From the NCBI GenBank assembly GCA_050246315.1, contig JBFWWG010000002.1:332811-396810 (forward strand): a stretch of DNA of 64,000 nt, written 5' to 3'. The notes under the pieces are model-generated. The model was not told the origin of the DNA. It worked only from the letters and a program-made list of their open reading frames with translations, and searched no databases. The translations under genes and the position numbers were made by a program. The DNA is from Nitrospiraceae bacterium. GTDB lineage: Bacteria > Nitrospirota > Nitrospiria > Nitrospirales > Nitrospiraceae. Below are positions 8,625-18,928 of the stretch, one piece after another (the stretch's first letter is position 1; every line of letters begins with the position of its first letter).

Positions 8625-9470
8625 ATGACGACGCACATCGACGCTCCGATCCCGGCCTGCGCCGGGATCGGACTTCGCTCACAACACTTTCGGGAGATCC
8701 TGGAGAACTTCCCACCGGTCGCCTGGATGGAAACTCATCCGGAAAACTATTTCGGTGACGGCGGCGCGTCACTCCGGATCCTCGAACGCATCAGGGCTCA
8801 CTACCCGCTGAGTTTCCACGGGGTCGGCCTGTCGTTGGGCTCGACCGATCCGATCGACCGTCTCCATCTCCAGAAACTCAAAGCTCTGGTCGATCGATTC
8901 GACCCGGCACTCGTGTCGGAGCACCTCTCGTGGAGTTCCGTCGGCGGTCGGTTCCTCAACGAGCTGTTACCGCTCCCCTACACAGAAGAAAGCTTGGATC
9001 ACGTCTGTGCCAGGATCGACGAGGTTCAGCAGATCTTGCGGCGGCCCCTGCTCATCGAAAACATCACCCGGTACCTGACATGGCGTGAATCCACTATCCC
9101 GGAAGGTGAGTTCCTGGCCGAGACAGCCAGGCGGACGGGCTGCGGCATTCTGCTCGATCTCAACAACGTCTATGTGAACGCGGTCAACTTTCACCTGGAC
9201 CCCTTCCAGTTCTTGGACGCCATTCCGGCCGAGGCAGTCTGGGAAATTCATCTGGCGGGTTTCGATCGCTTCGGGAGGTGGCTCATCGATACCCATGGCG
9301 AGGCGGTCTATCCGGAAGTCTGGGGCCTGTATCAGTGGGCGATTCATCATTTTGGACCGCGTCCGACGTTGATCGAGTGGGATACCAACATGCCGCCACT
9401 GTCTGTCCTGGTTGATCAGGCCAAGCAGGCGGACGCGATTCTTGGAGGCTGCCATGTTGCGGCTTCATGA
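8625..9470 (+). CDS. bufB: DUF692 multinuclear non-heme iron oxidase (MNIO, BufB-like)
   Basis: GIGLR, ETHPENYF, HGVGLSLGS, SEHLSW, LLPLPYT, LIEN, LLDLNNVYVN, EIHLAG, IDTH, TLIEWD. Confidence 0.93.
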   Translation: MTTHIDAPIPACAGIGLRSQHFREILENFPPVAWMETHPENYFGDGGASLRILERIRAHYPLSFHGVGLSLGSTDPIDRLHLQKLKALVDRFDPALVSEHLSWSSVGGRFLNELLPLPYTEESLDHVCARIDEVQQILRRPLLIENITRYLTWRESTIPEGEFLAETARRTGCGILLDLNNVYVNAVNFHLDPFQFLDAIPAEAVWEIHLAGFDRFGRWLIDTHGEAVYPEVWGLYQWAIHHFGPRPTLIEWDTNMPPLSVLVDQAKQADAILGGCHVAAS

Positions 9471-10230
9471 GATCCAACAGGCATTTGCTGAAGGCATGAT
9501 CGAAGGAAAATACGCCGTCGTGGCGGAAGCGATCGTGCCCGGAGGCTCTGCCCTGCGAAATGTGGCGCTCTATCGCCGCCTGATCCGTACCAACTACACG
9601 CAGGTGCTCAGCGTCACATTTCCCGTTCTACGCCGGTTTGTCGGTCCCCGGTATTTCAACCTCCTCGCGCGAGGCTATCTCAAAAGATACCCGTCGATGA
9701 GCGGCGATCTGTTTTCGTACGGGCGGCATCTTCCGGCGCTGCTGCTCGAATTACAGGTTCCCCGACTGTTGGCCGAACTGGCGCGATTGGAATGGACCTG
9801 CCACGAAGTGTATCAGGGCGCCGATTCCCTGCCGCTCCCCCACGCTCAACTAGATGCCATTGCGTCCGCTGACCCATCGCGCGTGACGTTCTGCCTCAAG
9901 CCGACTGCGCGACTGCTACGCTTCTCCTTGCCAGTCCATCGCGTGTGGCTGGCATTGCAACCGGACGCCCCGACAGACATCGTGGTCGACCTGCCGCTGC
10001 CGGAAGAGGACACGGGCATCCTGGTCACCAGAGCCGAAGGCAGGATCCATGTAGCGGCTCTCGCCGACCTCGACTACCGATTGCTCGAAGCCATGGCCGA
10101 GCGAAAGACCGTGGCCGAGGTCGAGCCGATGGCGAGAGAGGCCGACCCCGAATTCGATTTCACCCGGTTTATGGCGTCCATTCTAGATTTGAACGTGCTC
10201 GCCGGAGTATCCGTGGAGGCACCCTCATGA
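9454..10230 (+). CDS. bufC: DUF2063 partner protein (BufC/HvfC-like)
   Basis: LHEIQQAF...LYRRL...TFPVL..FVG...F..LARGY...YGRHLP...ELARLEW; overlaps the DUF692 gene. Confidence 0.85.
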   Translation: MLRLHEIQQAFAEGMIEGKYAVVAEAIVPGGSALRNVALYRRLIRTNYTQVLSVTFPVLRRFVGPRYFNLLARGYLKRYPSMSGDLFSYGRHLPALLLELQVPRLLAELARLEWTCHEVYQGADSLPLPHAQLDAIASADPSRVTFCLKPTARLLRFSLPVHRVWLALQPDAPTDIVVDLPLPEEDTGILVTRAEGRIHVAALADLDYRLLEAMAERKTVAEVEPMAREADPEFDFTRFMASILDLNVLAGVSVEAPS

Positions 10231-10760
10231 CACACGAGACTGGCCTGTTGGCGCGCGCAGTTAGGAGTGCGGTTTCAGCCTACCGTCGGGTAGTCTGGGG
10301 ACTGGAGGCCTTACTACCGCTGTTCGACCTGTTCGTCCGCCTCTATTTGGCTCACATTTTTTGGAAAGGCGGCATGGTCAAGCTCTCTAGCTGGATGTCG
10401 ACCGTGATGCTCTTCACCATGGTCTACGATGTGCCTCTGTTGCCGCCGGAGATCGCCGCCTACCTGGCCACCGTCGTCGAATTGGGCGGCTCGTTCCTGC
10501 TGGCCATCGGCCTGGCGGGTCGGTGGGCCGCCCTCTCGCTCTTCGGGCTGAATATCGTCGCTTCAATCTCGTACGGACAATTGTCCGAAGCCGCGCTGCA
10601 AGAGGCGTTCTATTGGGGGATTCTGTTCTTGTATTTCGTCCTGCACGGACCAGGACTGCTGTCCGCCGACACGCTGTTGCGCTATCTAATTCGACGCAGG
10701 CAATCAAAGCGCGATGCCGAGGAACATCTTGGCGAACGGACAATCGCTCACAGTGCTTAG
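10227..10760 (+). CDS. DoxX-family membrane protein (BufD-like)
   Basis: LFVRLYLAHIFWKGG..K...VPLLPPEIAAYLAT..EL...LLAIGLAGR...GPGLLSAD. Confidence 0.88.
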   Translation: MTHETGLLARAVRSAVSAYRRVVWGLEALLPLFDLFVRLYLAHIFWKGGMVKLSSWMSTVMLFTMVYDVPLLPPEIAAYLATVVELGGSFLLAIGLAGRWAALSLFGLNIVASISYGQLSEAALQEAFYWGILFLYFVLHGPGLLSADTLLRYLIRRRQSKRDAEEHLGERTIAHSA

Positions 10761-10810
10761 GTTGGACCTAGACGTACAGAGGATTCGCCGCGGGAAGGAG
10801 ACTTCATGTC

Positions 10811-10975
10811 ATGGACAGCACAAGATCGATAAATGCGGAACGTCGGGTGAGCGATCCGGACCGCTGGAATGAGCACTGCGGTGACTATCTCCTTTGGGAT
10901 GCCTTCGACAGGTGCGGGATCGACACATTGCGCAGGATCTCCTGCAGGAGACTTAGCTGACGCCATTACAAGACC
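10811..10975 (+). pseudogene. Decayed ECF sigma factor N-terminus
   Basis: SD GAAGGAG lies upstream. The frame reads MDSTRSINAERRVSDPDRWNEHCGDYLLWDAF, shifts, then reads QVRDRHIAQDLLQET*LTPLQ. This matches the ECF region-2 pattern (W..GDYL..A..VRD...AEDLVQET) with a frameshift and an internal stop. Confidence 0.55.
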
Positions 10976-11074
10976 GTGTCCGCACTTCGCGCGACGGGGG
11001 GCGCGCATAAAGTTTGATTCTACGACATACGGGTCTGGACTTCGCTTTTCCTAACCTATTCATAACCGTGGCGG

Positions 11075-11842
11075 CTATTCAGGAACTTTCTTGAATACGA
11101 TATCTCCATAGTAGGCTTCCGCCGACTCGCCGGTATTGTCGGTGTCGGTCATAATGGCCACGCCGGAGATCAGCGGCGGCTCTTTTCCGAAGGCGCGTTT
11201 ATAGTCCTCGTAGACGTTACGCTCTTCCGTGACCCACGTATTGAGCTTGGCTGCCCCGCTTTCCACCACGATCATCTGAACCTGTTCCGTATAGGGATTC
11301 GGTACGGCGGTCCCCACGGGCGCACGGCTCTCCCAGATGTAATTGATCGCGCCGAGCGGGGGGTACCGGCCGTAGATGAGTTTCGCGGCTTCGTACTTCG
11401 CCTTGCCGAAGAGACCGACTTTCGCACTCTCGTATTGGAACGTGACGTAGATGCGGGCGGGATAGTCGTCCCCGTCTTTCCTGGTCACATCGCTAGCTTT
11501 CAGGGTATTCGACACTTTCCATCGCCATTGGAGGATAGGGTACTCCTTCGGATCGATGAGAATTTCTTTCGTGTATCCCGAAGAGGAAGCCTGACTGGCA
11601 GCCTTGACGGCGACACGATCCCCATCATGTACGAGGCTGTAGCTCGTGTGCTGCTGAATTTTAGGAAACGTGAGCGGCTTCCAGCCGTCCGGCCAGGGTC
11701 CACTCGGAGTGGCTGTAGAAAAGGGGCCGACCTCTACGGCGATGGGGGATCGGGCCTGTAGCCGGTTCGGATCACCGAGGATCATTCCGACCAACACGAA
11801 AGACGCGAGACCGACGATCACGGAGGAAATAGATGGTGCCAT
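11075..11842 (-). CDS. DUF3047-family exported protein
   Basis: PILQWRWKV, DGDDYPARIYVTF, AINYIW, VPNPYT, WVTEERNVYEDYKRAFG, GVAIMTDTDNTG. Confidence 0.85.
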   Translation of the reverse strand: MAPSISSVIVGLASFVLVGMILGDPNRLQARSPIAVEVGPFSTATPSGPWPDGWKPLTFPKIQQHTSYSLVHDGDRVAVKAASQASSSGYTKEILIDPKEYPILQWRWKVSNTLKASDVTRKDGDDYPARIYVTFQYESAKVGLFGKAKYEAAKLIYGRYPPLGAINYIWESRAPVGTAVPNPYTEQVQMIVVESGAAKLNTWVTEERNVYEDYKRAFGKEPPLISGVAIMTDTDNTGESAEAYYGDIVFKKVPE

Positions 11843-11899
11843 ACTCTTGTGTCCTTTAAAAGCCATGTGGTGAAACATATCGATCCACGACGCACATCT

Positions 11900-13516
11900 C
11901 TATCGCCGTATCCAAGCAAACAGCTTGATCAAGAGATCTTTCGTCCTCCGCGTGAAATGCGCTTTTCGCCAGAGATTGACCACTTTTTTGATGACTTCAG
12001 CCTGTGTGGGATAGGGATGGATTGTGCCGGCGATCGTTTTGGCCCCTGCTCCCGCCTTCATGGCGACTGAAAATTCGCTGATCATGTCGCCGGCATGGGC
12101 CCCCACGATCGTCGCGCCCAGAATCTTATCGGTCCCTTTTTGAATGTGGACCCGAGCAAACCCTTCATCTTCCCCGTCTAGAATCGCCCGATCGACTTCC
12201 TCCAACTTGTAGGTATAGGTTTCAACCTCAAGGCCTTTCTCCTGTGCCTCTTTCTCATACAGTCCGACATGAGCCACTTCCGGTTCAGTGAAGGTACACC
12301 AGGGCATGACCAACGAATCGACACGGGCATAGCCCAGACCAAAAGGATGCGGGAACAACGCATTCTGGATGACGATTTGAGCCATGGCATCGGCAGCATG
12401 CGTAAACTTGTAGCGTGAGCAGATATCGCCTGCCGCGTAGATCTTTGGATTCGTCGTCTGCAATCTGGCATTGACCTTGATCCCGTTCTTGTCGTATTCG
12501 ACGCCAGCTTTCTCCAATCCGATCTGCTCCACGTTCGGCGTTCGCCCGACCCCGACGAGAATGTCGTCGACTGTCACGTCGTAGTGCCGGCCGTGCGAAT
12601 CGACGATCAACCGTTTCCCGCCTTCGGTCTCCTGCACCGTGAGATCCTTTCCGCAGCAAAGCACGGTCACGCCATCGCGGACCATCTGTTGCTCGACGAT
12701 GTCAGCCGCATCGCGGTCCTCGTTCGGCATGACCCCGTGCATCGCTTCGATGAGGTACACTTGGCTCCCAAAGCGGGCGAACGACTGTGCCAGCTCACAG
12801 CCGATGGGGCCGGCTCCGATCACTCCGATGCGTTGCGGCAACTCCGTCAATGAAAAGACGGTTTCGTTCGTGAGGTAACCGGTCTCCTGAAGCCCTGGTG
12901 CCGGAGGTGCCGATGCTCGCGCACCGGTGCAGACAGCGGCGTTCACAAAAGCCAGGATCCGATCGCCCGCCGGTCCTTCCACTTGGATGGCATCGGGACT
13001 GAGAAAGCGCCCATTGCCGATATAGACGTCTACACCCAGCTGGGTATAGCGATGGACTGAATCGTTCTGGCTGATGCGCGCCCGCAGTTTTCGCATGCGC
13101 GCCATGACAGCGCCGAAGTCATACGTGACGCCAGGAGGAATATGGAGGCCGAACTCCGTGGCTCTCCGCAGATCGGCCCACGCTCTGGCTGCTCGAATCA
13201 CGCCTTTTGATGGTACGCACCCAACATTGAGACAGTCTCCTCCCATCAGATGCTTTTCAATCAACGCGACTTTTGCCCCCAGGCTCGCGGCAACGACCGC
13301 GGTGATCAAGCCCGCCGTTCCGGCTCCGATCACCACGATGTTATAGCGACCGGTCGGCTCAGGGTTGACCCAATCGGGAGGATGCACATTGGCGACCAGC
13401 TGCTGATTGTACTCGTCGTTTGGAAGAACCAACGACTGATCGTGCTCACTCATGCCGGCGATCCTTGGGAGAGGCTTCATCATCATACCGTGGCGCCCTT
13501 CGTTGTGAATCGTCAA
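11900..13516 (-). CDS. FAD-dependent pyridine nucleotide-disulfide oxidoreductase (MerA-like family, not a true MerA); start uncertain
   Basis: VIGAGTAG, GGDCLNVGCVPSK, IGAGPIGCE, IYAAGD, HPYPTQAE; no C-terminal Cys-Cys pair. Confidence 0.9.
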   Translation of the reverse strand: MTIHNEGRHGMMMKPLPRIAGMSEHDQSLVLPNDEYNQQLVANVHPPDWVNPEPTGRYNIVVIGAGTAGLITAVVAASLGAKVALIEKHLMGGDCLNVGCVPSKGVIRAARAWADLRRATEFGLHIPPGVTYDFGAVMARMRKLRARISQNDSVHRYTQLGVDVYIGNGRFLSPDAIQVEGPAGDRILAFVNAAVCTGARASAPPAPGLQETGYLTNETVFSLTELPQRIGVIGAGPIGCELAQSFARFGSQVYLIEAMHGVMPNEDRDAADIVEQQMVRDGVTVLCCGKDLTVQETEGGKRLIVDSHGRHYDVTVDDILVGVGRTPNVEQIGLEKAGVEYDKNGIKVNARLQTTNPKIYAAGDICSRYKFTHAADAMAQIVIQNALFPHPFGLGYARVDSLVMPWCTFTEPEVAHVGLYEKEAQEKGLEVETYTYKLEEVDRAILDGEDEGFARVHIQKGTDKILGATIVGAHAGDMISEFSVAMKAGAGAKTIAGTIHPYPTQAEVIKKVVNLWRKAHFTRRTKDLLIKLFAWIRR

Positions 13517-13531
13517 TCGAGGGAGTATGCA

Positions 13532-14305
13532 TCACGCTGGTTTGGCCGCGAACCTTTTATAGACGACCGGCACGAGGGCGAGAAGCCCTAAGAGGATAAA
13601 GGCCCCGAGCACATTCGGCGACGCGATCTCCTTCAGTGAGTGAATGGTACCCAGTTGGCGTCCTGCGTAGGCATAGACGAACGAACCGGGAATGATGCCG
13701 AGCGCCGTGGCTCCGATATACGTTCCAGCGCTCACGCGAGTCAGTCCTGATACGAGATTGACCACGAAAAAAGGAAACAGGGGAATCAGTCGAAGAGTCA
13801 GCAAGTAGCTGAATGCATTCTTGGCAAAGCCTTCTTGGAACGGTCTCAGTGACTTCCCGAATTTGTGTTCCACTGTGTCCCGGAACACATACCGTGCGGT
13901 CAGAAACGCCACGGTCGCTCCGGTCGTCGCCCCGAGATTCACGAACAACGTTCCAAGGATAGCACCGAACACGAACCCGCCGGCGAGCGTGAGAATGACC
14001 GCACCCGGAAGCGACAAGCCGGTGACAATCGCATAGGCAAAAATAAAGATGCTGACTGCTGCGACATAATTCGTTTCGGTGAACGTCAGCAGATTATCCC
14101 GATTGGCCTTCAGGGCGTCCAACGATAAGAAGCGCCCAAGATCAAAATAGAAGAAGGCCCCGATGGCCAGCCCGATCACGAGCGTGATGATCACCTTGCC
14201 TGAAGGATGCTCCTTGGTGGAGGTAACGGGTGAAGTGCCCTGAGGGACAGCGTGGATCGGACGGTTGGTGTCATTCTGATGTCCGTCTGCACACCGTGTA
14301 TTCAT
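13532..14305 (-). CDS. TVP38/TMEM64 (DedA/SNARE-associated) membrane protein
   Basis: SLPGAVILTLAGGFVFG...GATTGAT..FL.ARY...LRLIPLFPFFVVN...GIIPGSFVYAYAG; SD AAGGGAG. Confidence 0.9.
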   Translation of the reverse strand: MNTRCADGHQNDTNRPIHAVPQGTSPVTSTKEHPSGKVIITLVIGLAIGAFFYFDLGRFLSLDALKANRDNLLTFTETNYVAAVSIFIFAYAIVTGLSLPGAVILTLAGGFVFGAILGTLFVNLGATTGATVAFLTARYVFRDTVEHKFGKSLRPFQEGFAKNAFSYLLTLRLIPLFPFFVVNLVSGLTRVSAGTYIGATALGIIPGSFVYAYAGRQLGTIHSLKEIASPNVLGAFILLGLLALVPVVYKRFAAKPA

Positions 14306-14424
14306 AGACCGGACTCCCTTCGTGTGACACAGTGAAACCAGACATGGGTTCCACTCCACATCAGGCTCTCTGGAAGATTCTCCTCTCCCAATGTTCGACG
14401 ATAACCGACTCCCCGTTGAGATTC

Positions 14425-14440
14425 TGTGAGCCACATCACA
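14425..14440. promoter_or_regulatory. Crp/Fnr-type box (6 of 9)
   Basis: TGTGAG-CCAC-ATCACA upstream of the TVP38/oxidoreductase/DUF3047 operon. Confidence 0.6.
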
Positions 14441-14593
14441 ATCTGGAACGGCAGGGAAGCGGGGAAGCATGACAGCGGTAAGGCACGCGACTCCCCGTCC
14501 TTAGGAAGTGGGACATGTTCCAAGTGGGCTGGATCGAGAAGAGCACCAGCACATGCCCTGGCTGAGATCGTGGCACGAATCGCGCTGATGTGC

Positions 14594-15955
14594 TTATGAC
14601 AGTTCGTGATCATTGGGAATTACGAGAATGAAGTGATTCAAGAGCGCATGCCGCTCGTAGCTGAGCAGATACAGATGAAGCAGTGTGGGATCATTGGCGT
14701 CCCAATGGAGTAAGGGGCCATCCACGCCGATGGCATGATGGTCGAGCCAGCGATTGTGTGAATCCAGGTGGAATCCGTAGAAGGTGCGCTCGGCCGGGGG
14801 CTCCTTGACCACATGCTCATAAGACTCGAAGAAACTGGGGTTGCCGATACCGAGGGGAGCCTGCCAGCCACGGTCATAGTGCTCCGGAGACGCAACGGGA
14901 ATAGCGGTCCCATCGAGCCCGCCGAGAATCAGGCGAGTGGCTTCGCCGGTCAGATGACTGCGAAAATCGAGCTCGATCTCGAACAGTGTCTGAGCTCCTC
15001 CGATGAGTTTCACCTGCCGCACGGTGGCCCCAGCCAGCTCTGCGAGATAGTGCAATTGAGTGTCACGAGCGTGATCCCGGGAGTATCGGCCCGGCGGAAT
15101 GAAGCTTGAGAACTGCACCGGCCCGCGGTACCAGTCTCGATACACGGCCGCGACAGGCGTCAGGATGTTCTTGCGCTTATGAACTTGCTCGCCTCGTACA
15201 GCCACAGGCTCGTCCCAGCGGGTTGCCGCCTGAACCGGCCATTCCCGCTCAACCGTGCGGATCCGATCCAACCGGATCGGTGCCCCCGATGGATCAACCC
15301 AATGTTCGAGTGACCACCAATAGGACCAATATGACAATCCATTGACCCGTTCGAATAAGCCCTTGTACAGTCCGAGCGGGAACGTAAACCAGAGATGCTC
15401 ATAGACGCGGTCTTCCCCATTCTCATTGGTGAACAGCAACAGCTCCCACAGACCGGCATTCAAACAATTGCGGGCGAGATCGATACGGCTCAACGCCCGC
15501 TGCTCGAACCCGTCTCCCCCCTCGCGGACATGGACCTGGGATGACGATCGGTCAAACCGGAACTGCTGTCGGTTCCACTCGCGATCGATCAGTCCCACCT
15601 TCGTCAGATCTGGATCGGTTTTGACCCAGGTTGGAACGGCGGCAACGAGGTGCGCAAGGTCTACATCGATCAGTTCGATGGCGGTGGCCTCCTCCGAGGC
15701 CGGCTCGATGCGGAAGTGAAAGTGAGTATCGCGGGCCTGTTCGATGATCAGGCTTCGGTGAGGATACTTCGCGAAGACTGCGCTTCGTACCTCGGGATCC
15801 TCCGGGTACGCTGCGTCACTGAATGTGGTGAGACCGACAGTTTGTACTGGTGCAGTGTCGTAACGGGCCTGAAACCAGATTACTCCAACGACGACAATGA
15901 GGATAAGTGCGCCTGACGGCAGGAGTCCCCGTCGCTTCATGATGGTTGTAGACAT
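14594..15955 (-). CDS. Hypothetical exported/membrane-anchored protein (453 aa)
   Basis: Long ORF with SD GGAAGG, an N-terminal TM segment and a His/Trp-rich body; no family recognised. Confidence 0.8.
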   Translation of the reverse strand: MSTTIMKRRGLLPSGALILIVVVGVIWFQARYDTAPVQTVGLTTFSDAAYPEDPEVRSAVFAKYPHRSLIIEQARDTHFHFRIEPASEEATAIELIDVDLAHLVAAVPTWVKTDPDLTKVGLIDREWNRQQFRFDRSSSQVHVREGGDGFEQRALSRIDLARNCLNAGLWELLLFTNENGEDRVYEHLWFTFPLGLYKGLFERVNGLSYWSYWWSLEHWVDPSGAPIRLDRIRTVEREWPVQAATRWDEPVAVRGEQVHKRKNILTPVAAVYRDWYRGPVQFSSFIPPGRYSRDHARDTQLHYLAELAGATVRQVKLIGGAQTLFEIELDFRSHLTGEATRLILGGLDGTAIPVASPEHYDRGWQAPLGIGNPSFFESYEHVVKEPPAERTFYGFHLDSHNRWLDHHAIGVDGPLLHWDANDPTLLHLYLLSYERHALLNHFILVIPNDHELS

Positions 15956-16123
15956 GGCCTGGCCTTCCTTTCAGAGTGCGGAGACTGCTCGGCGCAGGTC
16001 TGCGTGGTGCACACACGGCCGCCGCCTCTTAGTGGAGCAGAATGCGCGACGACAAATCGGCAGCCTTGGACCGGAGCCGTCCCCCAGGATACAGTGCGAT
16101 TATGAAATGGCTACTGTGGAAGG

Positions 16124-16435
16124 TTAGGACAGTATCGGAGGAGCGCGAGCGCGTACCGTTTCTGAAAAAACCGGCAGGACAGGAGTCTGTGACAGGCTCA
16201 CCGGATTGTAGAAGACGATTGGAATCGGGCGAATGACGTCAAGACAGACGACAGAACCTGCTTCGCCGCTGGTTCCGATCCATGTACAGACCTGGTGATG
16301 AGGCTTGGCGGGTTGATCTGTCCGTGGGAGGCCTGCTTCCAACGCCCAGATGTGCATCCAGACGGTCAGTGAGACATAGGCTACGCCGACGGTCCAGAAC
16401 AGCAGCCGATGTCGTCGATCGATGAGCCTGTTCAT
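16124..16435 (-). CDS. Leader-type membrane microprotein ending in RAPP (DUF2946/CruR-like putative arrest peptide)
   Basis: N-terminal TM, HHQVC...C, Pro-rich linker, C-terminal RARAPPILS; SD GGAGGG. Confidence 0.65.
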   Translation of the reverse strand: MNRLIDRRHRLLFWTVGVAYVSLTVWMHIWALEAGLPRTDQPAKPHHQVCTWIGTSGEAGSVVCLDVIRPIPIVFYNPVSLSQTPVLPVFSETVRARAPPILS

Positions 16436-16469
16436 GGGGAAATACGCTACTCCCCTCCGAACGAGCCTG

Positions 16470-18083
<1,614 letters not shown>

Positions 18084-18097
18084 AGATTTTTTACAGG

Positions 18098-18236
18098 CTA
18101 CGAGATCTCATGCCAATATGCAACGACTATTCGTAGATTACGATTAGTCGTAGCGGTTGCCAGTCAAGCAAAATCCATTTAAGTCATGTTTTTTCAATAC
18201 CTTATTAATCAGCGCCGATCAGGCACGCCCTCTGCT
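18098..18236 (+). promoter_or_regulatory. Sigma-54 promoter with upstream activator sites and an AT-rich IHF-like site
   Basis: -24/-12 element AGGCACGCCCTCTGCT (18221-18236, GG-N10-GC). Tandem dyads CAACGACTATTCGTAG (18121-18136) and TTACGATTAGTCGTAG (18138-18153), with a weaker copy at 18098. TTTCAATACCTTA lies between them and the promoter. Confidence 0.75.
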
Positions 18237-18296
18237 CACACGAGGGCTATCGAACGCTGGTGCAACGAATCAGATCCACTCACAAAGGAGGAATGT

Positions 18297-18866
18297 ATGA
18301 ATCGCATCGCACACCTTGATCCCGCAACCACGAACGGCCCGGCCAAGCAGCTCTTCGATGCCGTGCAAGCCAAGCTTGGTGCCGTCCCGAACCTGTTCCG
18401 GGTGTTGGGCAACTCTCCAGCCGCGCTCAACGGCTTCCTGAGCCTCAACGGAACCCTCGCCTCCGGAACCTTCCCCGCTAAGTTGCGAGAGCAAATCGCA
18501 CTAACCGTGGCCGAGACCAATCAATGCGCCTACTGCCTCAGCGCGCACGCATTCGTCGGCGGCAGGCTCGGATTGAGCACGCAGGATATTGCGGATGCCC
18601 GGCAGGCTGATGCCACCGATAAGCGGACCGATGCCATTCTCAAGCTCGCACAGAGCATCGTCGTCCAGCGCGGGGAACTCGGCGCGACGGGCCTGGATCA
18701 GGCGCGCGCGGCCGGGCTGACCGACGGTGACATTGTCGAAACCGTCGCCCATGTCGCGCTGAACATCTTCAGCAACTACCTCAACCATATTGCCGGCACG
18801 GTCATCGATTTTCCGGAGGTTCCGCTCGCGCAGGGGCATGCCGCATCGTCTTGCGCCTGCGGCTAG
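18297..18866 (+). CDS. CMD/AhpD-like peroxidase-related protein
   Basis: GAVPNLFRVLGNSPAAL...REQIALTVAETNQCAYCLSAH...IDFP; SD AAGGAGG. Confidence 0.9.
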   Translation: MNRIAHLDPATTNGPAKQLFDAVQAKLGAVPNLFRVLGNSPAALNGFLSLNGTLASGTFPAKLREQIALTVAETNQCAYCLSAHAFVGGRLGLSTQDIADARQADATDKRTDAILKLAQSIVVQRGELGATGLDQARAAGLTDGDIVETVAHVALNIFSNYLNHIAGTVIDFPEVPLAQGHAASSCACG

Positions 18867-18928
18867 AAGCAAAGGCCCGTGCTATTCAAGGGATTCCTAC
18901 TCATCAACGCAGACGAAAGGATGCTGTC

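Noticed and set aside
11900..13516. Calling this gene merA
   Set aside because: It lacks the C-terminal Cys-Cys pair and an N-terminal metal-binding domain, has HPYPT..E, and is not under the MerR promoter.
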